A stretch of 64,000 nucleotides of DNA from Mobula hypostoma (GCF_963921235.1 NC_086097.1:31808001-31872000); one strand, 5' to 3'. Counted from the first letter of the stretch, positions 48,301 to 61,860 are shown. Translations and numbers: made by a program. The notes: generated from the letters alone by a model not told the origin.

Positions 48301-49430
48301 AGGAAAAACTTTTTCACCCAGAGTGTGGCGGATATATGCAATGCTCTGCCCCAGAAGGCTGTGGAGGCCAAGTCTCTGGCTGCTTTCAAAAAAGAGATGG
48401 ATAGAGCTCTTAAAGATAGTGGAATCAAAGGTTATGAGGATAAGGCAGGAACTGGATACTGTTTGTGGATGATCAGCCATAATCACAGTGGATGGCGGTG
48501 CTGGCTCGATGGGCCAAATGGCCTACTCCTGCACCTATTGTCTATTGTCTATTGTCACCTACCACTCCTTGAGCCTCCACATCCAACACATAATTCTCTG
48601 CAACTTCTGCCATCTTCAGTGAGACCTTACCACTGAGCACATCTTTACCTCCCCACTCTTTCCGCAGGATCGCTCCCTCCCTGATTCCCTTGTCCATTCA
48701 TCCCTCCTGGCACGTATCCCTGTAAGTGACTGAAATGCTACACTTGCTCATTCATCTCCTTTCTTATCTTCATTCAGGTCTCCAAGCAGTCCTTCCAGGT
48801 GAGGCAACACTTCACCTGTGAACCTGTTGGGGTCATCTATTGTGTCTGATGCTACTGATGTGGCCTCTTCTACCTTAGTGAGACCAGTCATAAACTGGGG
48901 GACCACTTTGTCGAGCACTTCAGCTCTATCTGACAAAACTATTTTTTCCTAGTGGCCAACCATTTATAATTCCTGTACCTATTCCCATTTCAACATGTTG
49001 GCCTGGGTTCTCTCCTCTTGTGCCATGATGAGGCCACTCTCAGGCTGGAAGAGCAGCCCATCATGTGTAGCCTCCAACCTGATGGCATGAACATTGATTT
49101 CTCCTTTTGGTAATTTTTTTCCCCTTCCCCTTCTCACTTCATCTAGTCCCCATTCCTACCTCGTACCTTTCTTCTTACCTGCCTATCACCTCCCCTGGGT
49201 CTCCTTCTTCCCTTTCCCTATTGTCCACTCTCCTCTCCTATCAGATTCCTTCTTCTCCAGCCTGCCTTTCCCATCCCCTGGCTTCACCTATCAGCTTCCA
49301 GCTAGCCTCCTTCCCCACCTCCACCCCCACTTTATTTAAAGTCTGGCATCTTACCCCTTCCTTTCCATCCTGATGGAGGGTCTCAGCCTGAAACTGAGTT
49401 CCTCCAGCATTTTGTGTGTGTTGATTTGGA
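45340..49430 (+). mobile_element. Decayed Penelope-like element (RT and GIY-YIG remnants) split by a CR1 insertion
   Basis: ARFFLLPKVHKPDCPGGPITSACSCPTE (Penelope RT start), IFYKPTHSQGYL and DRVPLV. Endonuclease remnants resume at about 48556 and end in a terminal repeat at about 49430. Confidence 0.8.
46456..48555 (+). mobile_element. 5'-truncated CR1 LINE, ORF2 with one frameshift near 47260-47290
   Basis: ORFs 46313..47290 and 47287..48636 with RT motifs ([12 protein letters not shown]) and a (CTATTGT)n tail. Confidence 0.93.
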
Positions 49431-52146
49431 TATGTACTTGGATTGGAAAGATTTAGAGAGAGATGTGGCAGGCGCAGGGCAAACAGAGCTCATTTAACTT
49501 GGGCATCTTGGTCAGCACGGACCAGTTGGGTTGAAGGGCCAGCTTCTGTGATATACGATCATATGAGCACTTGAATGGCTGAGGCAGAGGAGACTATGGA
49601 CCTGCCTCGGGTACTGGAATCAGAAGCAGATTTGTTATCAGTGTTTTATATGATTTGAACTTTTTTTTGTGGCAGCAGTACAGTATGAGGACATAAAATT
49701 ACTTTAAATTACACAATAAATAGTGCAAAAAAAGAAATAATAAGGTAGTGTTCAAGAATTGTTCAGAAATCTGATGGTAGAGGAGAAGAAGTTGTTCCTG
49801 AATCACTGAGTGTGGGTCTTTAGTCTCCTACACCACCTCTCTGTTTGTAGTGACGAGAAGATGAGGAAGTTGAGGATCTAGTTGCAGAGCGAGGGTTAGA
49901 GATTCAGGTTTAGAAACTTGGTGATTAATAGTATAGGATGGCATTAAAGGAAAGCTTCTAACCCACTGTTATAAGAATATTCACTGGTGCCCTAACATGA
50001 TGAGAAGGAATCCTGAGATCACAATCTACCTCGTTATGTCCCTTGCACCTTACTGACTGCCTACACTTCACTTCACTTCTGGAACTGTAACATTTCTTTA
50101 TTCTTTTACCTTGTACTCCCTCAATGTACTGTTGTAATGATTTGATCTGTAAGGACGGTAGGCAAGACAGAATTTTCCACTGTACTTTGGTATAATAATC
50201 CAGTTGATCAGTCTTGGTCAGCATGGAGGAGATGGGCCGAAGGACCTGTTTCTGTGCTCTGTGAATCCGTTATGGCATTAGGTGACTCAGCGTTTTGTGT
50301 TCCAGTGGAGATGGTATTGATCTGCCGCATCCATTGAGATCATGGCTCAGACTTTTTTCCAGAATCAGAATCAGGTTTATTATCACTGGCATACGTCATG
50401 AAATTTGTTAACTTTGCAGCAGCAGTTTAACGAAATGCATGATAATACAGAGAATAAAACTGAATTACAGTAAATATATATGTATATCAAATAGTTAAAT
50501 TAGTAGTGTGAAAACAGAAATAAAACAGTAGTGACGTGGTGTTCATGAGTTCAATGTCCATTCAGAAATTGGATGGCAGGGGGGAAGAAGCTGTTCCTGT
50601 TCCTGAAGCTGAGTGTGTGCCTCCAGGTGTCTGTACCTCCTTCATATTGAAGGTTTAAATTCATAGTGATGGTTTTGGGGAGTTAAAGTGTTTAGTGACA
50701 GTGCTGTGGAGGAGTGAGAGGTCAAGCTTCCATGCCACATTCAGCGATCAGCGATGTGGATGGGTGATGAAGGACATCCTGAATCTAGGCCTCTACTCTG
50801 TATTTGAAGGCCAGCAACCATGGATATTGGGATGAAGGACATCCGGAGACCAGGCCTCCACTCCACTCTTGGCCAGTGACGTGGACGTTGGGATGAAGGA
50901 CATCCATGGATGTCAGGTTCTCCCAGGTCAGAGGATCCCAGGATCCCGGGATCAGATGTCCATGCAAGCAGGTGGCACGAGGGCTGGTCAGTCGGCAAGC
51001 CCAGGGTTCAAGCCTGAACTTTGCTGCCCCACCATCAGCAAATCTGGGGAGTGATGCTGAAGATTAGTGGGTAGGTGGGAGGGAGGAAAGGGGCTTGTTT
51101 AGCTTGTTTTGTTGTTTGTTGTGTTCTGTGTTGTTCTGCCAAGCATTGTAGGCATCCTACGCTGACGTCAGAATGTGAGGTGTCACTTACAGGCTGCCCC
51201 AACCCATCTTTGGGGTGTGCTAGTTGTTAACCCAAATGACACATTGCACTGTATGTTTCCATGTACATGTGATAAATAAATTAATCTAAATCTGCAACGC
51301 GGTGGGCTTTGAGTCATGGTGAGACCCCCCAGTGTGGGGAACCCCTTGGTCCCCTCACTCCGCTCAGTTTGCTGGGGGCTCTGTCTTGGCCAAGATGGCG
51401 GCCCTCTGCACAGAGGGCTCAGTGCCTGTGAGGTGGTGGGAGGAGGTTGACAGTAGCTAATGGCAGCTCAAGTGTCGTGGCCTTTGCAGCACAGGAGCTG
51501 TGTGATTGGAGGCTGCAATGGTGCTGGCCAAAGGAGAGTGGGCAGAGCAGGTATCTTGCAGAGAGCACCCAAACCTTTCCACTGCGCTCCCTGACTCATG
51601 TAGCCAGCACTAGCGGCAACCCTGGCTCACGCAACGTCTGGCATCAACGCCAGTGCCGCCAGCAGTGTTAGTCTGGTAGATACACCAACATTCAACTATT
51701 GCATGCAGAGGGCATGCATTTAAGGTGAGGTGGGGAGGTAAGTCGAAAAGAGATGTGCAGGCAAGTTTTCTTTTATGCAGGGTGCTGTGTGTCTGGAATG
51801 CACTGCCTGGGGTAGTGGTGAAAGCAGATGTGACAAACTCATTTAAGAGGCTCTTAGATAGGCAGAGGAGTGTTCAGGGAATGGAGGGATATGGACATTG
51901 TGTAAGAGTAAGATTAACACAAATCTTCTCTTTGGGAGTTTAGTGAGACTCTCACTGCTCCCCTTCTGTGATCTCTGCTGCCCCTTCCCCTCACCCCACC
52001 ACCCTATTCTGTTTTCTTCCTTTCCTGTCCCGATGAAGGGTCCCGGCTCCTAAAGCCGACTGTTTATCCTTTCCATAGGAGCTGCCTGATCTGCTGAGTT
52101 CCTCCAGCATTTTGTGTGTTGCTCGTAAACAAAGAGATTTTGCAGA

Positions 52147-52340
52147 TGCTGGAAATCTTGACCAACGCACTTAAACTGCTGGAGGAACTCAGCAGGTCAG
52201 GCAGCACCTGTGGTGGGGAATAAGCAGTCTAGATGACGGATCATGGCTAGAAAAATCTACTGTTTATTTCCCTCCATAGGTGCTACCTGACCTGTTGAGT
52301 TCCTCCAGCATTTTACGTGCATTGGTCAAGACTTCCAGCA
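52147..52340. mobile_element. Older palindromic Penelope-repeat remnant
   Basis: Imperfect inverted arms of about 82 bp (about 52147-52228 and 52259-52340) made of the Penelope repeat 3' end. A separate plus-strand repeat lies at about 51950-52125. Confidence 0.7.
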
Positions 52341-53482
52341 TTTTGTGTGTGCTGTTTACACAGAAGTAATGAGTTTAGTTGGGCATTGATTACTAAAGTT
52401 TAGCTTTATTTGTCACATGTACATTGGAACATACAGTGAAATGTATCACTTGTATCAATGACCAACACAGTCCAAGGATGTGCTGGGGGCAGCCCACAAG
52501 TGTCAGCATGCTTCGGGCACCAACAAAGCAGACCCACAATTTACTAATCCCAACCCATGTGTCTTCACAGTGTGGGAGCAAACCAAAGAATTTAGAGCAA
52601 ACCTATGTGCTCACGAAGAGAATATACAATGTCCTCACAGAGAATGGTAGAATTGAACCCATGTAATAGCATTATAATAACCACCGCGATACTATGCTGC
52701 CTCAGTTAGTTCAGCCTCATCTTGTGGGCTGAACGGCCTGTCCGTGTGCTATACATCTTCAGCAGGTGATGCCTCGAAACGCCTGCACCCATCATTAGGG
52801 CCAGCCACCACCAGGACGTGTCCTCTTCCCATTACTACCGTCAGAAGGGACGTGCGGGAATCTGAAGCCACACACTCAGTGTTTCAGCTACAGCTTCTTC
52901 CTCTCCACCATCAGATTTCTGAATGGACGATATATTTTTATAGTAATTTATAACATTTTATATATTGCACTTACTCTTGCCACAAAACAACAAAGTTCAT
53001 GGCATATGTCAGCAATAATAAACCTGATTTTGTACTACTTATTTAATTTAACTATTTAATATATATGCTTACCTGTAGTTCAGTTTTCCTTTTCGCTGTA
53101 TTATCATGTACAGTATTGCATTCTACCGCTGCAGCGAAGTTAGCGTATGTCATGAAGTTTGTTAAACCTGATCCTGGTTCTGAAATCTCACACCAGGTCA
53201 GATGTAGAGCTGCAGGGACAAGAGAGAGGAGGGAAAGGAAGGCTTGGTGGTGCTGTGGTTAGAGCTCCTGCTTCACATCTCCAGGGACACAGGTTCAATC
53301 CCACCCCCTGTCGCTATCCAGAGTAATCCCTGAGCTCAGTGAAGACCCGTCTGTGGATGAACAGAGAATGTCTCCTCTCCAGATCGCAGTCCTGAAGACC
53401 TATACACCATAAATCAGGAGCAGCTTCTTCCCCTCTCCATAAAATTCCTGAACAGTCCATGAACAATACTTCATTATTCCCT

Positions 53483-54603
53483 AAACAACAGGAATTCTGC
53501 AGATGCTGGAAATTCAAGCAACACACATCAAAGTTGCTGGTGAACGCAGCAGGCCAGGCAGCATCTCTAGGAAGAGGTACAGTCGACGTTTCAGGCCGAG
53601 ATCCTTCGTCAGGACTAACTGAAGGAAGAGTGAGTAAGGGATTTGAAAGGGGGAGGGGGAGGGGGAGATCCGAAATGATAGGAGAAGACAGGAGGGGGAG
53701 GGATAGAGCCAAGAGCTGGACAGGTGATAGGCAAAAGGGGATACGAGAGGATCATGGGACAGGAGGTCAGGGAAGAAAGACAAGTGGGGGGGGGGGTACC
53801 CAGAAGATGTAAGCAGAACAAGTGCTACACATGCCCTTACACTTCCTCCCTTACCACCATTCAGGGCCCCAAACAGTCCTTCCAGGTGAGGCAACACTTC
53901 ACCTGTGAGTCGAGTGGGGTGATATACTGTGTCCGGTGCTCCCGATGTGGCCTTTTATATATTGGCGAGACCCGACGCAGACTGGGAGACCGCTTTGCTG
54001 AACATCTATGCTCTGTCCTCCAGAGAAAGCAGGATCTCCAAGTGGCCACACATTTTAATTCCACATCCCATTCCCATTCTGACATGTCTATCCACGGCCT
54101 CCTCTACTGTAAAGATGAAGCCACACTCAGGTTGGAGGAACAACACCTTATATTCCGTCTGGGTAGCCTCCAACCTGATGGCATGAACATCGACTTCTCT
54201 AACTTCCGCTAAGGCCCCACCTCCCCCTCGTACCCCATCTGTTACTTATTTTTATGCACACATTCTTTCTCTCACTCTCCTTTTTCTCCCTCTGTCCCTC
54301 TGAATATACCTCTTGCCCATCCTCTGGGTCCACCCCCCTTGTCTTTCTTCCCTGACCTCCTGTCCCATGATCCTCTCGTATCCCCTTTTGCCTATCACCT
54401 GTCCAGCTCTTGGCTCTATCCCTCCCCCTCCTGTCTTCTCCTATCATTTTGGATCTCCCCCTCCCCCTCCTACTTTCAAATCCCTTACTCACTCTTCCTT
54501 CAGTTAGTCCTGACGAAGGGTCTCGGCCTGAAACGTCGACTGTACCTCTTCCTATAGATGCTGCCTGGCCTGCTGCGTTCACCAGCAACTTTGATGTGTG
54601 TTG
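53483..54603 (+). mobile_element. Young 5'-truncated Penelope-like element with inverted terminal repeats
   Basis: Intact GIY-YIG C-terminus (GVIYCVRCSRCGLLYIGETRRRLGDRFAEH..PDGMNIDFSNFR*), inverted arms of about 290 bp, and a 14 bp TSD cttcattattccct (53469-53482 and 54604-54617). Confidence 0.93.
54505..54542 (+). ncRNA. Minimal hammerhead ribozyme motif (near-mirror copy on minus at 53580-53617)
   Basis: tagtc-CTGACGA-agggtctcggcct-GAAA-C-GTC-gactg. Confidence 0.75.
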
Positions 54604-54704
54604 CTTCATTATTCCCTGTTTTTTTTTTGCACTATTTAGTTATTTACTTATTTTGTAATTATGTTTTTGTACTGCTGTCAAAAAACAACAAGGTCCATGT
54701 CATA

Positions 54705-55250
54705 TGCTGAAGATCTATAAAACTTTGGTTAGACCACACTTGGAGGATTGTGTTCAGTTCTAGTCACCTCATTATAGGAAGGATGTGTAAGCTTTAGAGA
54801 GGGTGAAGAGGATGCTGCCCAGATTAGAGAGCGTGTCTTATGAGTGAATTAGGGTTTTTCTCTTTAGCAAGAGGGAGGACGAGAGGTTATTTGGTAGAGG
54901 TGTACAAGATGATAAGAGGCATAGATCAAGTGAACAGCCAGAGACCGGGGTGGCAATGGCTAGTTGGAGGGGACATAATTTCAAGGTGATTGGAGGAAAG
55001 TATGGGGGGCTATCAGGGGTAGTTTTTTTTTATACAGAGTGGTAGTGTGTGGAATGCACTGCCAGGGGTGGAGGTAGAGGCAGGTACATTGGGGACATTT
55101 AAGAGACTCTTAGATAAGCATATAGATGAAAGAAAAATGGAAGGTTATGTTGGAGAAAAGGTTTAGATGATCTTAGATCAGGTTAAAAGGTTGGCATGAC
55201 ATGGTAGTCTGAAGGGCCAGTACTGTGCTGTACAATTCCATGTTCTATAA
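54705..55250 (+). mobile_element. Decayed CR1 3' fragment
   Basis: YKTLVRPHLEDCVQF.SPHYRK-like sequence and the CR1 3' UTR. Confidence 0.75.
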
Positions 55251-55904
55251 TCTATATAAGACAGTGATAATAAAGCTAGTTCGGATTCTGAGTTTGCATG
55301 TCCTGTGGGGGTGGGGGGGGGATTCGGCAGTGGAGTGCTTGGTGTATTGATTGTTTCATTTATGAGGAGATACTGGACAGGCTATGTTTCTTTTCCTTGG
55401 AGAAGAGGAGCCTGACAGAAGAGTACAAAACTGTAAATTAGTTTATCATTGTCACATGTACTGAAGAACTATGGAAAACATTTTGCATGCCAGAATTGAA
55501 ATTTGTTATTTTGCAGTAGCAGTTCAGTGCGAAGGCAGAAAATTAATTTAATTACAAAATAAGCTGTGCAAAACAAAAAAAGATTTCATGTCTTCACAGA
55601 CCATTCAGAAATGTGAAGACAGACAGGAAAAAGTTCTTCCGAATATGTTGAGTGTAGGTCGTTGGGCTCCTGTCCCTCCTCCATGATTGTAGTAATGAGA
55701 GGAGGGCATGTATTGGGTGGTGAGGGTCCTTAATGATGGATGCTGCCTTCTTGACGCACTGTCTTTTGAAGATGTCCTCAATGATAAGGGAGGGTTTTGC
55801 GATGATGGAGCTGGCTGAGTTTACAAACTTCTGCAGCCTTTTACAATCCTGTATATAGGAGCCACCAGACTAGGTTGTAATGCAGCTTTGAATGTCCTGT
55901 AGAC

Positions 55905-58265
55905 ATGGACCCTAAGATCTTGCTGATCGTCTACGTACCGAAATGAACCACTTCACACTTACCTGGGTTGAACTCCGTCTGTCACTTCTCAGCCCAGTTC
56001 TGCATCCTATCGATATCCCTCTGTTACCTCTGACAACCCTCCAGACTATACACAACACCCCCAACCTTTGTGTCATCAGCTTACTAACCCATCCTTCTAC
56101 TTCCTCATCCAGGTCATTTATAGAAATCACAAAGAGGTGGGGTCCCAGAACAGATCCCTGTGGAACACCACTGGTCACTGACCCCCATGTAGAATACGAA
56201 CCATCTACAACAACCCTTTACCTTCTGTGTGCAAGCCAATTCTGGTTCCACAAAGCGAGGTGTCCTTGGATCCCATGCCTCCTTACTTTCTGAATGAGCC
56301 TTGCATGGGGAACCTTATCAAATGCCTTACTGAAATCCATATACACTACATCCACTGCTCTACTTTCATCAATGTGTTTTGTTACATCTTCAAAGAATTC
56401 AATCAAGTTCATAAGGCATGACCTGCCATTGACAAAGCCATGCTGACTATCCCTGATCAGATTATGTCTCTCTAAATACTCATAAATCCTGCTTCTCAGG
56501 ATCTTCTCCAACAACTTGCCCACCACTGAGGTAAGACTCACTGGTCTATAATTTCCTGAGTTACCTTTACTCCCTTTCTTGAACAAGGGAACAGCATTTG
56601 CAACCTTCCAATCCTCTGGTACTTCTCCCATCCCTATTGAAGATGCAAAGATCATTGCCATGGGCTCAGTAATCTCCTTCCTTGCTTTCCACAGTAGCCT
56701 GGAGTACATCTCGTCTGGTCCTGGCGACTTAGCTAACTTAATACCTTGCAAAATCTCCAGCACATCATTTAAGTCTACTTTAAGTCATCCCCACAATTGC
56801 CAAGGTCCTTTTCTCTGGTGAATACTGAAGCAAAGTATTCATTGAGTACCTCCGCTAACTCCTCCGGCTTCTCACGTTTCCACTGTCGTACCTGATTAGT
56901 CCTATTCTCACATGGCTCATCCTCTTGTTCTTCACATACTTGTAGAATGCCTTGGGGTTTGCCTTGATTCTGCTTGTCAAGGCCTTTTCATGGCCCCTTC
57001 CAGCTCTCCTAATTTCATTCTTGAGCTTCCGGGCACCCTTGCAATTTTCTAGAGCTCTAACAGTACCGAGTTTCTTGAACCTTTCGTAAGCTTTTCTTAA
57101 CTAGATTTTCGACATCCTTTGTACACCATGGTTCTTTTACCCTGCCATCCTTTCCCTGCCTCAATGGAATATATCTATGCAGAATGCCTTGCAAATGCCA
57201 CATTTCCGCTGTGCATTTCCCTGAGAACATCTGCTCCCAATTTATGTTCCCACGTTCCTGCCTAATAGCATCATATTGCCCCCACCCCAAATTAAATGTT
57301 TTCCCTGATGTTCTGCTCCTCTCCCTCTCCAGCGCTAGGATAAATGAGATAGCATTGTAATCACTACCTCCAAAATGCCCTCCCACCAAGAGATTTGACA
57401 CCTGACCAGGTTAATTACCCAATACCAAATCAAGTACAGCCTCTCCTTTAGTTGGCTTATCTACATATTGCGTCAGGAAACCTTCCTGAACACACCTTAC
57501 AAACTCCACCCCATCTAAACTCCTTGCTCTAAGGAGATGCCAGTCAATATTAGGAAAGTTAAAATCACGCATCCCAACAATTCTATTATTGTTCTAGAAT
57601 CTGCCTCCCTCTCTGCTCCTCAATAGAGTTATTGCCCCCTTTCTGTTCTTACTTTCATCCACAATGACTCAGCAGACAGTCTCTCCATGACTTCCTCCTT
57701 TTCTGCAGCCGTGATACTATCCCCGATTAGCAATGCCACTCCCCCACCTTTTTTGCCTCTCTCCCTGTCCCTTTTGAAGCACCTAAAGCCTGGCACAGTC
57801 AGCAGCCATTCCTGCCCCTAAGACATTCAAGTCTCTGTAACGGCCACAGCATCATAGTTCCTTGTATTGATCCATGCTCTAAGTACATCTGCCTTGCTCA
57901 TGATACTCTTTGTATTAAAATAGACGCATCTCAAACTATCTGGCTGAGTGCTTCTTTGTTCTATCTTCTGCCTATCCTTCCTCATAAACTCTCTAAAATG
58001 GTGTCTCTTTGGCTGCTGCAGAATCTCCTATCTGTTCTGCTAACTATCCAGTCCCCTATAACTATTGTTCCGCCTGACCGCACCCTTCCCTTCTGAGGCT
58101 CTGAGCCGACCACAGTGCTATTGTTCTGGCTGCTGCTGCCTTGCTCAGATCGGCCACCCCCCACAGCGGTATCTAAAGAGGTAAACCTGTTGCTGAGGGG
58201 AATGGCCACAGGGGGACCCTGCACTGACTTCCTTCTCTCTTAACCTCTCTCGGTGTCCACCCATC
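55905..58265 (-). mobile_element. Decayed CR1 LINE retaining the ORF1 esterase remnant, APE endonuclease end and RT
   Basis: IPLSNRFTSLD..IVIGDWIVSRTDRRFC (SGNH-type ORF1), VGGHFGGSDYNAISF (APE SDH-like motif), KSPGPD, YRPVSLTS, DFSKAFDKVPH and [10 protein letters not shown]. Confidence 0.88.
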
Positions 58266-58767
58266 TACTCTCTGAATTACTGAGTTACAGAGGAAGTGCA
58301 GACAGACAATAAGGTGCAAGGCCTTAATGAGATAGATTGTGAGGTCAGACATCCATCTTAATGTTCCAGGGGACCATTCAATAATCTTAGGATAGAAGCT
58401 GTCCTTGAGCCTGGTGGTATGTGCTTTCAGTCTTGTGTATCTTCTGCCCGATGGGAGAGGGGAGAAGATGGGGAAAGGTCCAGTGTAGGTGGGTCTTCAA
58501 TTATACTGGCTGCTTTACTAAGACAGCAAGAATTGTCGACAGAGTTCATGGAAGGGGGCACATCCATGACGTGCCGAGCTTCGTCCAAAACTCCCTGCAG
58601 TTTCCTGTGGTCTAGGGCAGATCAGTTGCCGCACCAAGCTGTGATGCATCCAAATATTTTCTGTGATGATTTGATAAAAATTGGTGAGGGTCAGTGGGAT
58701 ACGCTGAGTTCCTTTAGCCTCCAGAAGAATTATGAGGAGCATGGTTAGTAGGAAGTATTACCTCATA

Positions 58768-60128
58768 AAGAATATAAGAAACAGGAGCAGGAATTGGCCA
58801 ACTTGCCCATCGAGCCTGCTCCTCCACTTAATAAAATCATAGCTGATCTGACCGTGGACTCAGGTCCACCAACCTGCCTTTTCTCAATAACCCTCAATTC
58901 CCGTTATGCAAAAATCTCTTTATGTCTTACATCTGTTTAACAAGGTAGCCTTTACTGTTTCTCTGGGCAGAGAATTCTACCAATTCACCACTCTGAGAAA
59001 AGCAGTTTCTCCCCACCTCCATCCTAACTCAATTCCCCTGAATCTTGAGGCAATATCCCCTCATTCTAGTCTCACCTACCAGTGGAAATAAATTTCCTAC
59101 CTCAATCTTCTTTATCCCTTTCATAATTTTGTATGTTTCTATAAGATCCCCTCTCATTCTTCTGAATTCCACTGTGTATATTCCCAGGAAACTCTATCTC
59201 TCTCATAGGCTAACTCCCTCATTTCTGGAATCAATCTGGTGAAATCCTCTGCACAGCTCCAAAGCCAGTGTATCTTTCCTCAAGTAAGGAGCCCAACACT
59301 GCATACAGTATTCCGGGTGTATCCTCACCAATACCCCGTACAGTTGCAGAATAACCTTCTTGCTCTTAAACTCCCACTCCCTCTAGTAGTGAAAGTAGTA
59401 TTTCATTTGCCACCTTGATAACCAGTTGTACCTGCAAACCAACCTTTCGCGATTCATGCACAAGCACTCCCAAGTGTTGCTGCACAACAGCATGCTCATC
59501 ATATGAATAATAATTGTTTCTTCCATTCTTCCTTCCAAAGTGAATGACCTTGCACTTACTAACATTGTACGCCATCTGCTTGACCCTTGCCCACTCACTT
59601 AACCTATTTATATCTCTTTGCAGATGCTCTATATCCCTTCCACGATGTGCTTTTTCGCTCAATTTAGTATCGTCTACAAACTTGGATGCGCTACACTCAG
59701 TCCCCTCTTCCAAGTCTTTGCAGCACTCTGTTTACCATTGACTGCCAACCAGAGAAGCACCCCTTTATGTCTTCTATTGGTTAATCAATCCTCTATTGAT
59801 TATTCCCCAACTCCATGCATCTTTATCTTATGGTTAAGTCATACGTGGCACCTTATCAAATGCCTTCTGGAAACCCAAGTACACAACATCCCCCATTTTC
59901 CCTCTCTCCACTGCCCTCATAAGGTCCTCAAAGAACTCCAGTAAGTTTGTCAAACAAGAGCTGCTCTTCATGCATCCATGTTTTGTCTGCCTGATTGAAC
60001 TACTACTAGCTAGATGTCTGGCTGTTTTTTCCCTAATGATAACTGCAAGCATTTTTCTGGCTTCAGATGTTAAGCTAACCAGCCTGTTGTTACTTTCCTT
60101 ATGCATACATCCTTTTTTAAACAGTGGT
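58768..60128 (-). mobile_element. Decayed CR1 RT and 3' end
   Basis: HGCMKSSSCLTNLLEFFE..FQKAFDKVP and SKFVDDTKL, with the 3' UTR at about 58770-58860. Confidence 0.8.
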
Positions 60129-60164
60129 ACCCCATGGGCAAAGGCTTAAGATGAGAGTAGGAGG

Positions 60165-60905
60165 TTCAAAGTAATTTTATTATCAAAGTACGTAAATGTT
60201 GCCATGAGATCCTGCAGGCATTTACAGGAAAATAATGAGATACAGTAGAATCTACAGAAAGCTATACATAAATAAAGACTGACGAACAACCAATGTGCAA
60301 AGAAGACAAATGTGCAAATAAAATTGATAATACTGAGAACATAAGTTGTAAAGAGTCCTTGAAAATGAGTCTTTAGGTTGTAGAATCAGTTTAGAGTAGT
60401 GGTTAACCACGAGAAGTGAAGTTATCCATGTTGATTCAGGTTGAAGGGTAATAACTGTTCCTGAACCTGATGGTGGCAGATCTAAAGCTCCTGTACCTCG
60501 TTCCTGATGGCTGCAGCAAGAAGAGAGCCTGGCCTGGAAGGTGGGGAGCTTTGATGATGGACGCTGCTTTCTTGTGGTAGCACTCCTTGTACTTGTGCTC
60601 AGTGGTGGGGAGGCCTTTGCCTGTGATGGACTGAACTGAAACCATCACTTTCTGTAGTCTTTTTTTGTTCCTGGGCATTGATGTTTCCACGCCAGGCCAT
60701 GATACACCAACTAGGACACTCTGTACTGTGCATAGAGGACTACAGCACCGAAACAGGCCATTTGGCCCATCTGGTTCATACTGAACAACAGCAAATTGTC
60801 AAAGTTTTTGGTGACATGCCAAATCTAAGCAAACTTCATCGAAAATAGATGTGCTGCTGTGCCTTCTTTGTGATGTCACTTGCATGCTAGCCCCAGGAGG
60901 GATCC
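60165..60905 (-). mobile_element. Rex1/Babar-type LINE 3' fragment
   Basis: ORF 60436..60690 LQKVMVSVQSITGKGLPTTEH..RFRNSYYPST. Confidence 0.75.
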
Positions 60906-61684
60906 TCTGATATATTAACTGAGGAAGAACATTTTCCCTCTGGCCAGGGCTTCAAACTTGGAGCACCTGAGGCAGTGTTGGGGGCAGAGGCTCCTCACAT
61001 TTTAGAATCTGGATGAGAGCTTGAACGGCGGAGGCAGGGAAGGTTACAGAGCGAGCTCCTCCTGTCTCTCGGCTCTGTCTCAGTGACCCTGAACCTTGCA
61101 CTGTCTGATTAAAAGATTACAGATTTGCAATGTGTCTCATGTGAAATGCATCATTTGTGTCAGCAACCGACACAGTCCGAGGATGTGCCGGGGGCAACCC
61201 GCAAATGTCACAGCATGCTTACAACTTACTGACACTAACCCACAGAGTAAATCTTCGGAATGTGGGAGGAAGCTGGAGCACCTGGAGGAAGCCCAGGTGG
61301 TCACAGGGAGATCGTATAATCTCCCTACACACAGTGGAAGGAGTTGAACACTGGTCATTGGTGCTTAAAGCATTATGCTAATCATTACACAGCAGTGCCA
61401 TCTTCTGCACAGTATCAAAAATGTTCTGCAAAATCAGTTGGTGAGAAAGTTACCGCTGGGTGCAGGTTAACACCAGACCTCTGAAAGCAAGGATACATAT
61501 TGAGGTGTTTGGGGGGGTTTCAGATGGAATAAAAAGTCTATGGGAACGAGGTTATAGGTCAAGAACTAATTGATGTATTTGTGATTAGAGACAGAACAGG
61601 TCACTGTGAGTGGGATTACAGGTTGGGGACTAATAGATGTGTTTCTGATTACAGAACTTGGGGAGTGGGGTTACAAGTTGAGGT

Positions 61685-61860
61685 ACACACACAAAATGCT
61701 GGAGCAACTCAGCAGGTCAGGTGGAAACTACGGAAGTGAATAAACAGTTGACGTTTCGGGCCAAGACCCTTTCCCGGACTGGAAAGGAAGGGGAATTACA
61801 CCAGAATAGAGAGGTGAGAGAGGGGGAAAGGGGACTAGTTCAAAGGTGATAGGTGAAGGT
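61685..61860 (-). mobile_element. Penelope terminal-repeat fragment with degenerate hammerhead motif
   Basis: acacacaaaatgctggag..cagttgacgtttcgggccaagaccctttcccggactgg. Confidence 0.7.
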
